Below are positions 27,664-37,513 of a stretch of 64,000 nt of DNA, piece by piece (position 1 is the first letter of the stretch; each line of letters opens with the position of its first letter). Source of the stretch: Geopsychrobacteraceae bacterium (lineage in GTDB: Bacteria; Desulfobacterota; Desulfuromonadia; Desulfuromonadales; Geopsychrobacteraceae); assembly GCA_963676795.2 (NCBI GenBank), contig CAXXTB010000002.1, positions 576,001 through 640,000 of the forward strand, given 5' to 3'. Made by a program: the position numbers and the translations under genes. The notes beneath the pieces are model-generated. The model was given only the letters and a program-made list of their open reading frames with translations. It did not search any database and was not told where the DNA came from.

Positions 27664-28572
27664 TTAATGTTTCTTCATGCCAAGCAGTTGGCGCAGGGCA
27701 TGTCTGGCGATCTGCGGGTTCTCCTTGAGCCGCCGTTTTGAATAGGGGAGCCAGTCTTCGCCGTAGGGGACGTAGATCCGCAAACGATGGCCATTACGCA
27801 GGATGACCTGGCGTAGCTCTTCATCGACGCCGAGGAGCATCTGGAACTCATACTGATCGGGTTTGAGGTTGTATTTGCGCACCAGGTTCATCCCTTCGAA
27901 GACCAGCCGTTCATCGTGGGTCGCGATACCGACATAGGCCCCCTGCTGGATCATCAGTTCCAGCGCTGCGATGTAGTTTCCGTTGATCGCCAGCGGATGT
28001 TTCCAGGCATGGAGCCTTGGCTCGATGTAGATTCCTTTGCACAGCCGGTAGTTCTGATAGCCGTCGCCCAGGGCAATGACATCATGCGGGGTGCGGTGCA
28101 GGTAGGCCTGCAGCACGGTGCCGACATGACCGGGAAATTCGGCGCGCAGGCGGCGGAAGAAGTCCAGGGTGTCGTCTGTGGTCGGAATATCCTCCATGTC
28201 GATGCGCACAAAGTTGTTCAGCTTCTGCGCTTCGGCAACCAGTTCCCGGATCAGCCCGAAGCAGCCCTCCTTATCGAGCAGCAGCCCCATCTGGGTCGGT
28301 TTTATCGACAGATTGGCGTCCAGTTTTTCGCGGTGGATGGTGTTGAGGATTTTGAGACCATCGTCCTTGAAGCCGACCGCCTGATCAAAACGGGTAATGA
28401 ATTCACCGAGGATGTCGATGGTACTCATCATCCCTTGGGCATTCAGATCTCTGGTGACCTTTACGGCGTCCTCGAGGGTCGAGCCGGCGATGTACCCCTT
28501 GGCGAAATAGCTGACGATCGGCTTGGGCACGTGCATGATGGTTTTGGACACGGCAAAATTGAAAAACGACAT
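27664..28572 (-). CDS. Monofunctional proline dehydrogenase
   Basis: YIAG, SIKPTQMG, VRIDMED, VLQAYL, RLCKGIY, IATHD, EFQMLLG, YVPYG, RRLKE; AGGA RBS before ATG 28572. Confidence 0.93.
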   Translation of the reverse strand: MSFFNFAVSKTIMHVPKPIVSYFAKGYIAGSTLEDAVKVTRDLNAQGMMSTIDILGEFITRFDQAVGFKDDGLKILNTIHREKLDANLSIKPTQMGLLLDKEGCFGLIRELVAEAQKLNNFVRIDMEDIPTTDDTLDFFRRLRAEFPGHVGTVLQAYLHRTPHDVIALGDGYQNYRLCKGIYIEPRLHAWKHPLAINGNYIAALELMIQQGAYVGIATHDERLVFEGMNLVRKYNLKPDQYEFQMLLGVDEELRQVILRNGHRLRIYVPYGEDWLPYSKRRLKENPQIARHALRQLLGMKKH

Positions 28573-28614
28573 GATCTGATTCCTGCTTGTTTTGTTGTTT
28601 TTTTGTTCAGGCGT

Positions 28615-28724
28615 TCCTTCTCCCGTCTGGGAGAAGGTGCCCAAAGGGCGGATGAGGGGGCAATTTAATGCAGGTGCCCCTCACCCGTCGTTACACGCCA
28701 CCCTCTCCCCCAACGGGAGAGGGA
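28615..28724. repeat. REP/BoxC-like palindromic repeat, copy 3
   Basis: Same blocks as 3855-3991, with short loops. Confidence 0.85.
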
Positions 28725-28732
28725 AGGCCACA

Positions 28733-30382
28733 TTAATCTGCATCGAGAAACGGATATTCAAAGCTGGTCGGTGGTACGAAGTTTTCCTTGATCGCCCGGG
28801 CCGAGACCCAGCGCAACAGGTTCTGCTTGCTGCCGGCCTTGTCGTTGGTTCCTGATGCGCGGGCGCCACCGAAAGGCTGTTGACCGACAACCGCACCGGT
28901 CGGTTTGTCGTTGATATAGAAGTTGCCCGCGGCATTCTCCAACTTGCTCAGCGCCGTGCTGGTGGCCAGGCGGTCCTGCGAGAAGATGCAGCCGGTCAGA
29001 CCGTAGACGGAGGTGGCGTTGCACAGCTCCAGGGTCTCCTCATAGGCCTCATCCTCATAGCAGAAGATGGTGATGACCGGTCCGAAGATCTCCTCTTCCA
29101 TGGTTTTGAAGTGCGGGTTGGTGGTCAGGATGACGGTCGGCTCGATGTACCAGCCCTTGCTGTCGTCGTAGCTGCCGCCGGCAAAGATTTCGGCGTCGGC
29201 AGCGTCCCGGGCGTACTCGATATAGCTGGTGATGTTCTTGAAGGCGGCTTTATCGATAACCGGGTTGACGAAGTTGCCGAAATCGCAGACATCACCGACC
29301 TTGATGCGCGAGAGTTGAGCTTTGATCTCATCGAGGACCGGTTGCCAGATCTGCTTCGGGATGTAAGCGCGGGATGCGGCCGAACATTTCTGCCCCTGGA
29401 ATTCAAAAGCGCCGCGCACGATGCCGGTCGCCAATGCCTTGACGTTGGCCGACGTGTGGGCGAAGACGAAGTCCTTGCCGCCGGTCTCGCCGACGATACG
29501 CGGATAGGTCTTGTATTTCCCGGCGGCCAGGTTGTTGCCGATGGTTTTCCACATTCCCTGGAAGACCGCGGTGCTGCCGGTGAAGTGGATACCGTTGAAG
29601 TCCGGGCTGTCCAGGCAGGTGTCGCCGACTTCACGACCCGATCCCGGTACGAAGTTGATAACGCCGTCAGGAAGACCGGCTTCCTGAAGGATCTTCATCA
29701 GGTAGTACGGGGCATAGACCGCAGATGATGCGGGCTTCCAGATGACGGTGTTGCCCATGATCGCAGGTGAGGTCGGCAGGTTGCCGGCGATGGCGGTAAA
29801 GTTGAACGGCGCCACGGCAAAGACGAAACCTTCCAGCGGGCGGTGCTGCAGATAGTTCCAGGTTGTCGCGGAGTTGTGCATCGGCTGTTCAGCGTAAACC
29901 TGCTGGGCAAAGTAGGCGTTGAAGCGCAGGAAGTCGATCAGTTCACAGGCGGAATCGATTTCAGCCTGGAATGGATTCTTGCCGATATTGAGCATGGTCG
30001 CGGCGTTGATCAGGAAACGATAGGGGCCGGCAAGCAGATCGGCGGCCTTGAGGAAGATCGCTGCACGCTCTTCCCAGCGCAGGCTTTCCCAGGCCGGTTT
30101 GGCGGCCATAGCCGCATCGATGGCCATCTGGGTTTCTTTGGGGCCGGCCTTGTGATAGTAGCCGAGGGTCATCGAGTGGTCGCTCGGATTGGCGATCTTT
30201 TCCAGGTTGCCGGTTCTGATCTCTTTGCCGCCGATGATCAGCGGAACCTCAATCTCTTTGTTTTTCAATTCCTCGAGAGCTGCTCTGATTTTGCTGCGCT
30301 CGGGAGAGCCCGGAGCATAATTGAGGACCGGCTCATTGTGAGGAAATGGAATGCTGATGACTGCGTTGTTCATTAAATTCAT
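28733..30382 (-). CDS. pruA: L-glutamate gamma-semialdehyde (P5C) dehydrogenase
   Basis: NEPVLNYAPGS, QAEIDSACE, PFNFTAI, FTGST, GETGGKDF, FEFQGQKCSA, QQPFGGARASGTNDKAG. Confidence 0.95.
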   Translation of the reverse strand: MNLMNNAVISIPFPHNEPVLNYAPGSPERSKIRAALEELKNKEIEVPLIIGGKEIRTGNLEKIANPSDHSMTLGYYHKAGPKETQMAIDAAMAAKPAWESLRWEERAAIFLKAADLLAGPYRFLINAATMLNIGKNPFQAEIDSACELIDFLRFNAYFAQQVYAEQPMHNSATTWNYLQHRPLEGFVFAVAPFNFTAIAGNLPTSPAIMGNTVIWKPASSAVYAPYYLMKILQEAGLPDGVINFVPGSGREVGDTCLDSPDFNGIHFTGSTAVFQGMWKTIGNNLAAGKYKTYPRIVGETGGKDFVFAHTSANVKALATGIVRGAFEFQGQKCSAASRAYIPKQIWQPVLDEIKAQLSRIKVGDVCDFGNFVNPVIDKAAFKNITSYIEYARDAADAEIFAGGSYDDSKGWYIEPTVILTTNPHFKTMEEEIFGPVITIFCYEDEAYEETLELCNATSVYGLTGCIFSQDRLATSTALSKLENAAGNFYINDKPTGAVVGQQPFGGARASGTNDKAGSKQNLLRWVSARAIKENFVPPTSFEYPFLDAD

Positions 30383-30441
30383 GGCAACCTCTTTACGGTT
30401 TTTGGATTCAAAGATGTTTCAAGTATATCAGATCTCAGTTT

Positions 30442-30458
30442 AGCGAAAAGGGTGCCAA
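30442..30458 (-). promoter_or_regulatory. Sigma54 (-24/-12) promoter of the proline operon
   Basis: Minus strand TTGGCACCCTTTTCGCT (GG-N10-GC), about 60 bp upstream of pruA. Confidence 0.8.
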
Positions 30459-30553
30459 GTTTTTTTCAGGAAGAGAAAGCTTATGTATAACAATGGTTTA
30501 AGGTTTTGGTGGGCTGCGGGTTGGCAGTTTCTAGGGGGCTTTACGTGAGCAGG

Positions 30554-30571
30554 TTATGCGTTTTCGCATAA
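30554..30571. promoter_or_regulatory. Candidate enhancer for the adjacent sigma54 activator
   Basis: Perfect palindrome TTATGCG-TTTT-CGCATAA about 100 bp upstream of the -24 element. Confidence 0.6.
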
Positions 30572-30598
30572 TTCACTCACGGGATGTTGTTGCTGCAA

Positions 30599-32323
30599 TT
30601 AACTGCCGAGGGAGTGTTTCTTTAGTTTTCGGGCGATGGTCGACTGGTTGACGCCGAGGGCGGCCGCCATGTCGGTCTGGTTGCGATAGCGGGTCAGGGC
30701 AGTCTCCAACAAGCGCTTTTCAACCATGTCGAGAGTTTCCTGCAGTGTTGTTCCCGCTTTCAGTTCAGGAATATCGAGGGACTTCTGGGCCTGGATCTGA
30801 GGCGGCAGGTCGGAGACGCCGATCGACTCGGTGTCGGACATAACGACCAGCCGTTCGCAGATATTCATCAGCTCACGCACGTTGCCGGGAAACGGGTAGG
30901 CGGCCAGGCTGTCGAGGGCGGCTTTGGTCAGGCGTTTCTTGCTGCCGCTGCGGGCGCTGAACTTCTCGATATAATGGTGGATCAGCGGCACGATGCAGTC
31001 CTGGCGTTCGCGTACTGCGGGAACCTGGATCGGGATGACGTTCAGCCGGTAGTAGAGATCGAGACGGAATTTGCCCAGCTTGACCAGCTGGTCCATATCC
31101 TGGTGGGTGGCGGCCAGGACGCGGACGTTGACCTTGCGGCTGTTAGTGTCCCCCAGGCGGGTGATCTGGCTGTCTTCGAGAAAACGCAGCAGCTTGACCT
31201 GTGACGGCAGCGGCAGTTCAGCGATCTCGTCGAGGAACAGGGTCCCGCCGTCAGCCAGTTCGAAGTGCCCCGGTTTTCTGTTCTGGGCACCGGTAAAGGC
31301 GCCGCGTTCGTAGCCGAACAGTTCGGCTTCGATCAGCGATTCGGGGATGGCGCCGCAGTTGATCTTGATCAGCGGGTTGCCGCTGCGCGCCGAATTTTTA
31401 TGGATGATGTCGGCCAGCAGCCCCTTGCCGACTCCCGATTCACCGAGGATCAGGACTGAGGAGTCGGCCTTGGCGACCCTTAAGGCCTGCTGCAGGGAGC
31501 GGACCATGGCCGGGCTGCGTGCGATGATCTGCTGGGCTTCGAGGTCGTTCTTCTGCATCTCCAGGATCTGATCGCGAAAGCCGTCGCGGATCGCCTCCTG
31601 CTGTTCCAGTTCACGCTGCAGGCGATCGATTTCACTGATGTCGCGCTCGCTGACGACGACCCGTACCAGCTTACCGCTGTCATCGAAGACCGGGGTGGCG
31701 ATCGAGACCAGGGTGCGGCCGTCCTTCTTCTGCAGCAGGCTGGCCGGCTTGTGGGTGATGCTGGTCTCCAGTGCCGCCGATCTGTCGATAAAGCCGGAAC
31801 TTAACAGTTCTCGCATGTTGCGGCCGACGATCTCGCTGGCCGCCAGGTTGTGGATCTTTTCCGATGCCGGATTCATACGGATGACGTTGGCGTCCGCGTC
31901 ACAGACAAAAAGACCATCGGAAGAGGAATCGATGATCGTGTCCAGCTCGCGCGACAGGGTGTTGAAAGAGGGGAGGCGACGGGTCATGGTGTCGAGCTGG
32001 GAACTGTCGACCAGGATACACAGCGCACCCTGAATGCCATCAGCGGTGACGATCGGGTTGACCCCGGCGAGGTATTCCCGGCCGTTGATCTGCACCGGTG
32101 TTTCGCAACACTCCTGCTCTGCACTCAAAACCTTCCGGATCTGAATCCAGAAGGGCGGAAAATCCGCCTCCAGGGAGCTGTGCAGACTGAGCTGCAACTC
32201 CTTCTGAGCTTTGTTGCTGAGCCGAAAGATGACGCCTGCAGGATCGACGGCAATGATGTTGCGTGCCGTCGCATCAAGCAGCGACTGTATATCAAGAAGA
32301 CAGGTCATGCATGCAGTATGCAT
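30599..32323 (-). CDS. PAS-containing sigma54-dependent activator (PrdR/RocR-like)
   Basis: PAS domains, GESGVGKG, ELFGYERGAFTGA, LFLDEI, FPGNVREL, C-terminal HTH. Confidence 0.93.
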   Translation of the reverse strand: MHTACMTCLLDIQSLLDATARNIIAVDPAGVIFRLSNKAQKELQLSLHSSLEADFPPFWIQIRKVLSAEQECCETPVQINGREYLAGVNPIVTADGIQGALCILVDSSQLDTMTRRLPSFNTLSRELDTIIDSSSDGLFVCDADANVIRMNPASEKIHNLAASEIVGRNMRELLSSGFIDRSAALETSITHKPASLLQKKDGRTLVSIATPVFDDSGKLVRVVVSERDISEIDRLQRELEQQEAIRDGFRDQILEMQKNDLEAQQIIARSPAMVRSLQQALRVAKADSSVLILGESGVGKGLLADIIHKNSARSGNPLIKINCGAIPESLIEAELFGYERGAFTGAQNRKPGHFELADGGTLFLDEIAELPLPSQVKLLRFLEDSQITRLGDTNSRKVNVRVLAATHQDMDQLVKLGKFRLDLYYRLNVIPIQVPAVRERQDCIVPLIHHYIEKFSARSGSKKRLTKAALDSLAAYPFPGNVRELMNICERLVVMSDTESIGVSDLPPQIQAQKSLDIPELKAGTTLQETLDMVEKRLLETALTRYRNQTDMAAALGVNQSTIARKLKKHSLGS

Positions 32324-32358
32324 TTATGCATCAAATTATGCAATGTTGAATAGTGGGC

Positions 32359-33468
32359 CTATTCGCCGATGTTGAGTGATTCCCAGAATTCGGCGGCCTC
32401 TTTCCAGCGTAAAGCCTCATCCAGATCCTGGGCGACACCGGTCCCGGTTGAATACATCACCCCCAGGCAGTACTGGGCTTTGGTGTGCCCCTGATCCGCG
32501 GCGCGGGTCAGCCAGCGTTTCCCTTCGTTCGGATCGCGATCAACCCCCTTGCCGTTCAGGTACATGATGCCGAGGTTGTACTGGGCGTCAGCGCTGTCGG
32601 CCTTGGCCGCTTCGAGCCACCAGTGATAGGCGAGCTGCAGATCCTGATTGATGCCGATTCCCTTGGCAAACTGATGACCGAGCAGGACCTGGGCCCGCTG
32701 ATGACCACGGGTTGCCGCCTGTTTCAGCAGCACGACTGCCGTGCTCGGATCGCGGATTTCCTCACTGCCCAAGCAGAGCAGGCGCCCCAGATGATAGATG
32801 GCGTCCAGGTAGTTCTGCTCTGCCGCTTTCTGCAGCCATTTGCGCGCTTCGGTAAAGTTCTGCAGCACCCCGGTGCCGCGTGCGTACATCATTCCCAGGT
32901 GATACTGGGCTGTCGGCAGCCCCTGGTCGGCGGCCTGACGCAGAAACTGTTTGGCTTTGGAGTAGTTCTTTTTGACCCCTTTGCCGACCAGATACATGTG
33001 GCCGAGGGTGAACTGGACCTTGGGGTTTCCCTGATCCGCAGCCAGCCCCCACCAGCGTCGGGCTTCGATGAAATCCTTAGGGACGCCGTGCCCCTTGGCG
33101 TACATCAGGCCGAGATTGTACTGGGCGTCGGAGAACTGCTGATCAGCGGCTTTGCGGAACCAGTGGAGCGCCTGGTCGTAGTCGAGCTCGACGCCGCGCC
33201 CCTTGATATAGGCCTGCCCCAGGATGTTCTGAGCCCGGGCATATCCCATCTCTGCCGCCTGGCGGTAGTATTTGACTGCTTCCTGAGGGTTAATGGCGGT
33301 TCCCTTGCCGGTATCGTACATCCGTCCCAGCATGAAGATCGCTTGCGGATATTTGTGCTGGGCGGAAAGGCGGAACCAGCGCATTGCCTCAGTATAGGAG
33401 CGTTCAACGCCTTTTCCCTGAAACAGGTTCATTCCTACGTGGTAGTGCGAGCGGGCCATGTCGGTCAT
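32359..33468 (-). CDS. Sel1-like repeat protein
   Basis: About 10 repeats of AQYxLGxMYxxGxGV...AAxQG. Confidence 0.93.
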   Translation of the reverse strand: MTDMARSHYHVGMNLFQGKGVERSYTEAMRWFRLSAQHKYPQAIFMLGRMYDTGKGTAINPQEAVKYYRQAAEMGYARAQNILGQAYIKGRGVELDYDQALHWFRKAADQQFSDAQYNLGLMYAKGHGVPKDFIEARRWWGLAADQGNPKVQFTLGHMYLVGKGVKKNYSKAKQFLRQAADQGLPTAQYHLGMMYARGTGVLQNFTEARKWLQKAAEQNYLDAIYHLGRLLCLGSEEIRDPSTAVVLLKQAATRGHQRAQVLLGHQFAKGIGINQDLQLAYHWWLEAAKADSADAQYNLGIMYLNGKGVDRDPNEGKRWLTRAADQGHTKAQYCLGVMYSTGTGVAQDLDEALRWKEAAEFWESLNIGE

Positions 33469-33634
33469 AGGTCAATATCCTGTATTTTGATTTGATTCTG
33501 CTAAATATACCAAATGATACACCAAATATACCTCCTGAAAAAGACAGTATATAGTTGCAGCGATATCCTGTTGACACAATGAGATTAAGGTGTTCAAATG
33601 ACAACTTGCTAAAATTTCTTTTTACGGGGGTTTT

Positions 33635-34609
33635 ATGAGCGAGTATCAGAAGCAGGAGATCCTGCTTGAAACCGGGACCAATGAGATGGAGATCATCGAG
33701 TTCTATCTCAACTCCCAGTCTTTCGGCATCAATGTCCAGAAACTCAAAGAGATCATCCCTTACGATGAAGATGCTGTGACTGTTGTCCCCGGCAGTTCCG
33801 CCGGAATGTTGGGAACCCTCTTGCTGCGCGGCAATACCATTCCTCTGATCGATCTGAAGACCAGCCTTTCCCAGCGTTCTGTCGCAGTTGACAGGGACGT
33901 CCGTCATGTTGTGCTGGTCTGTGAATTCAATAACCGGATCAACGGTTTCAAGGTCGACGGCGTGAACCAGATCCACCGGGTTTCCTGGAAAAATGTCCAG
34001 CCGATGGCGACCTTCATCGATCAGTACCGGCCGCGTTTTACCGGCAGTCTGAATATCGAAGGGCGGGAGATCCTGATCGTCGATCTGGAGCATATCGTTT
34101 CGGAGTATGACCCCGAGTCTGCTCTCGATTATGAAGCCGATCTGCTCGGCGAAGAGATGGCCGAAGCTGTTCCCCGGACCCGGGAAAAGATCAAGCTGAT
34201 GCTCGCTGAAGATTCTTCTCTGATCCGTGCCGGGATCGAAAAAGTTCTGCGTTCGGCCAGTTTTGGAGGGCTGAGGGTCTTTGTCGATGGCCAGGACTGT
34301 TATGATGAGATTCTGAAGATCCGCCAGAAGGTTGCTAATGGCGAAGCACTGAGCGATCACCTTCACCTGTTGATTACCGATATCGAAATGCCCAAGCTGG
34401 ACGGTCTGACCCTGTGTCGGATGATCAAGGAGGACCCGCTGCTGAAAGATCTCAAGGTGGTTCTGTTCTCTTCGCTGATCAACGAACAGATGGTGGTCAA
34501 GTGTGACTCCGTCCATGCTGACGGCTATGCGACAAAACCGCAAATCCCTTATCTGGTTGAGATGATGGACCGGATTCTGGGCCTTGCGGCTGTCGAAGAG
34601 CCAGCGTAG
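33635..34609 (+). CDS. cheV: Chemotaxis protein CheV (CheW + REC)
   Basis: ILLETGTNEMEIIEF, FGINVQK, LRGNTIPLIDL, AEDS, ITDIEMPKLDG. Confidence 0.92.
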   Translation: MSEYQKQEILLETGTNEMEIIEFYLNSQSFGINVQKLKEIIPYDEDAVTVVPGSSAGMLGTLLLRGNTIPLIDLKTSLSQRSVAVDRDVRHVVLVCEFNNRINGFKVDGVNQIHRVSWKNVQPMATFIDQYRPRFTGSLNIEGREILIVDLEHIVSEYDPESALDYEADLLGEEMAEAVPRTREKIKLMLAEDSSLIRAGIEKVLRSASFGGLRVFVDGQDCYDEILKIRQKVANGEALSDHLHLLITDIEMPKLDGLTLCRMIKEDPLLKDLKVVLFSSLINEQMVVKCDSVHADGYATKPQIPYLVEMMDRILGLAAVEEPA

Positions 34610-34719
34610 AATCTCTATTTCGGACCTTGTGAGAGCCAGCCTGGTGTTGCAGGATTGAAGCGCCCTGAAGTTTCCGAAGACAGTTTTCGTTTGGGTTAAC
34701 CCCCCTTATGTAGCAGAAC

Positions 34720-34771
34720 AGCCGTCGGAAATGCTCCGTCGGCTGTTTTCATATCTACCACCATTTGATAA
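34720..34771. repeat. 52-bp hairpin-containing direct repeat, copy A
   Basis: 40/52 ungapped identity to 36212-36263 (counted by eye). Confidence 0.65.
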
Positions 34772-35027
34772 TTGCCGATCTTGACGGGCGATTGCCATAC
34801 TGATAATTTTCACTCTAAAAGAAAGGAGCATTTTATGGATATTGTAACCCTGCGCAAAAAGGCAAAGAGAGGTCTGGGAACTTAGTATTTTAGTCCCCCC
34901 CACTCCTTCTTTGCCCGGACATTGAGCCGGGTTTCTCTGATTTTTGCAGAAACCCAACCTGATTTACCTGATTGCAGTCTGTCAGGCCATATAGCTTTTC
35001 GGACAAAATCGCCCGAAGGGGGTTTCT

Positions 35028-36095
35028 ATGCCAAAGCCATCTCATTCTCTAGTCCAATTGGGCTGGAGCCACTTTTTTCAACAACAACTGAGTCTTGAAG
35101 AATGGGAATCGACGTTTCCCGCTCGCGTATTTGCTGTTTACCGTCAGAGTATTGATATTGTCAGTGTGCATGGACCTCAGCAGATTTCCCTACCGGGAAC
35201 CTGGCATTTAAGGGCGCCTGAAGAACTTCCCACGGTCGGCGACTGGTTGCTGATCGATTCCGCAACCGGTCAGCTACATAAAATGCTGGAGCGGAAAAGC
35301 CTGTTTCGGCGCAGGGCCGCCGGGAAGGACGCGAGACTTCAACTGATAGCGGCCAACATCGACACCCTGTTTATTGTTACCTCATGCAATCAGGACTTCA
35401 ATCTGTCACGTTTGGAGCGCTATCTGGCGCTTGCGCTGGAAGCTGGAGTGAACCCGGTACTTGTCCTGACCAAGGCAGATTTATGTGATCATGCCTCAAC
35501 CTATCGCCAGCAAGCACAAAGCATAAATCCTGATTTGGCGATAGAAAGTGTCAATGCTTTGGAGTCCTCCTCCGTTGAGCCTCTGTATTCCTGGTGCGCT
35601 ATCGGCCAGACCATCGCCCTGGTGGGATCTTCAGGTGTCGGGAAATCAACGCTGATCAATACTCTTTGTGGTGTGGATGCTCAGAAGACCAATGCGATTC
35701 GTGAGGACGATGCCAGGGGGCGTCACACAACGACCTCCAGAAGCCTGCACATGCTCCCCGGGGGAGGTCTTCTCATCGATAATCCCGGCATGCGCGAACT
35801 GCAGCTCAGTGAATGTGCCAGTGGCGTTTCTGAGCTGTTTGCAGAGATTGAAGACCTCGCAACGAGTTGCCGTTACAATGATTGCCGACATCAAAGCGAG
35901 GACGGCTGTGCAGTAAAAGCAGCCCTCGAACGTGGCGCTGTTGACTCAAGGCGATTTGCCAATTACCAGAAACTCAAAGCGGAACAAGACCGCAATGCGG
36001 AAACCATTGCAGAGCGGCGTCGCCGAGAGAAAAATTTCGGCAAGTTATGTAGAAGTGCTTCTGCTGTTCGGCACAAAGAGCGCGGTGGTGCTTGA
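35028..36095 (+). CDS. rsgA: Ribosome small subunit-dependent GTPase A
   Basis: PTVGDW, AANID, LTKADL, GSSGVGKS, GRHTT, DNPGMRE, CRYNDCRHQSEDGC. Confidence 0.95.
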   Translation: MPKPSHSLVQLGWSHFFQQQLSLEEWESTFPARVFAVYRQSIDIVSVHGPQQISLPGTWHLRAPEELPTVGDWLLIDSATGQLHKMLERKSLFRRRAAGKDARLQLIAANIDTLFIVTSCNQDFNLSRLERYLALALEAGVNPVLVLTKADLCDHASTYRQQAQSINPDLAIESVNALESSSVEPLYSWCAIGQTIALVGSSGVGKSTLINTLCGVDAQKTNAIREDDARGRHTTTSRSLHMLPGGGLLIDNPGMRELQLSECASGVSELFAEIEDLATSCRYNDCRHQSEDGCAVKAALERGAVDSRRFANYQKLKAEQDRNAETIAERRRREKNFGKLCRSASAVRHKERGGA

Positions 36096-36101
36096 CGACT
36101 A

Positions 36102-36138
36102 AAAGAGGAGCCCTGGTAAACGCTGGGGCTCCTTTTTA
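36102..36138 (+). terminator. Intrinsic terminator after rsgA
   Basis: AGGAGCCC-loop-GGGCTCCT followed by TTTT. Confidence 0.75.
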
Positions 36139-36211
36139 TTACAACAAATAACATGTAATCTTAAGCCTGTCCGTTGTTACCGATCAACTATAGACCTTTT
36201 GCAATACAAAA

Positions 36212-36263
36212 AGCCGTCGGAAGTGCTCCGACGGTTTTCTTCAAATGTCCCTATTTTTGATAA
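36212..36263. repeat. 52-bp hairpin-containing direct repeat, copy B
   Basis: See 34720-34771. Confidence 0.65.
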
Positions 36264-36373
36264 ACTTGGAACCTACCCTGAAAACCCAGTTCGAAAAGTA
36301 CAATCTTGATTTTTAAACGGTTCAGGCCCCCCCCTTTGTCAATGAGGGCAAACCGACAAAAAGAGGTGTCGAG

Positions 36374-37513
36374 ATGGATTCTGCTTTAGGGAGCGGATCT
36401 GTAGAGAATGTGGTCGTTCATGATGTTCATGTTCTCTATGATGTCCCAGGAAAATTTGGTGGCTGGCCTTCGATTGCGCGTACGTCTGAAGGGGAGTTGC
36501 TTGTCGTTTTTTCCGGTGATCGGAAATTTCATGTTGATCCCTATGGAAAAACCGTTTTACTGCGGAGTCGTGATAATGGGCAAAGCTGGAGTGGGCCTCA
36601 AATCATTAACAATTCACCCCTAGATGATCGCGATCCCGGAATTCTGATCTGTTCCGATGGTAGCTGGCTGGTCAGTCTCTTTACGTCCTGTTTATTCGCA
36701 GATTGGCCAAAGGCAAGGGACTATTGCGGTGCGGAAGAGGTCGCTTCCTGGCAGCCTTTTATCACAGATGCCACTTCAGAGGTACGTCAGCAGTATCTGG
36801 GCATGTTCACTTTAATTTCCCGTGATCAGGGAAAAAGTTGGAGCAACTTTCGTATAGCTCCAGTGCACGGCCCCCATGGCCCGATCATCAGTATTGATGG
36901 TGAACTCCTCTATCTTGGAATCGATAGGAATACGCCCCAGCATATTGCCTGCTACTCATCTGATGACCTTGGTGAAAGTTGGCAGTTGCGAGGCATTGTC
37001 GCTGCAGCCCATGCCTTAAATGACATCTATCTTTGTGAACCTCACCTGTTGCAACTGCCGGATGGTCGCCTGATCGGACAAATGCGGGTCAATTCTGCTG
37101 ATATGGAAAAGCGTCAGTTGATGCAGAGTGTCAGTGAGGATGGCGGCCGCAGTTGGAGCCCTGTGCTATCTACAGGAATCTGGGGATTGCCTCCCCACCT
37201 GTTGCGGCATTCTTCTGGGATTGTGTTGAGCAGTTACGGGCATCGACGCAACCCGTTTGGGCAGAGGGTAGCAATGAGCCTGGATAACGGGACAACCTGG
37301 CCTCACATTTTATCGCTTGCGACCATTGATTATAAGGACAAGCATGACGCGGAGGATGTCGGAGAAATATATTACCAGATTCCCGACCTGGGTTATCCCG
37401 CGACCGTGGAGCTGGAGGACGGCAGTCTTTTCAGTGTTTGGTATCAATCCCGAACTACCGGCTCTGGCGCAATCATTAAAGGCTGTCGCTGGACATTGCC
37501 CATAAGGGGGTGA
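36374..37513 (+). CDS. Sialidase-like BNR/Asp-box beta-propeller protein
   Basis: Five Asp-boxes (SRDNGQSW, SRDQGKSW, SDDLGESW, SEDGGRSW, SLDNGTTW), DLGYP. Confidence 0.85.
   Translation: MDSALGSGSVENVVVHDVHVLYDVPGKFGGWPSIARTSEGELLVVFSGDRKFHVDPYGKTVLLRSRDNGQSWSGPQIINNSPLDDRDPGILICSDGSWLVSLFTSCLFADWPKARDYCGAEEVASWQPFITDATSEVRQQYLGMFTLISRDQGKSWSNFRIAPVHGPHGPIISIDGELLYLGIDRNTPQHIACYSSDDLGESWQLRGIVAAAHALNDIYLCEPHLLQLPDGRLIGQMRVNSADMEKRQLMQSVSEDGGRSWSPVLSTGIWGLPPHLLRHSSGIVLSSYGHRRNPFGQRVAMSLDNGTTWPHILSLATIDYKDKHDAEDVGEIYYQIPDLGYPATVELEDGSLFSVWYQSRTTGSGAIIKGCRWTLPIRG

Noticed and set aside
32485..34543. Long antisense ORFs 32485..33495 and 33404..34543
   Set aside because: Opposite the well-supported Sel1 and cheV genes; no domain signal
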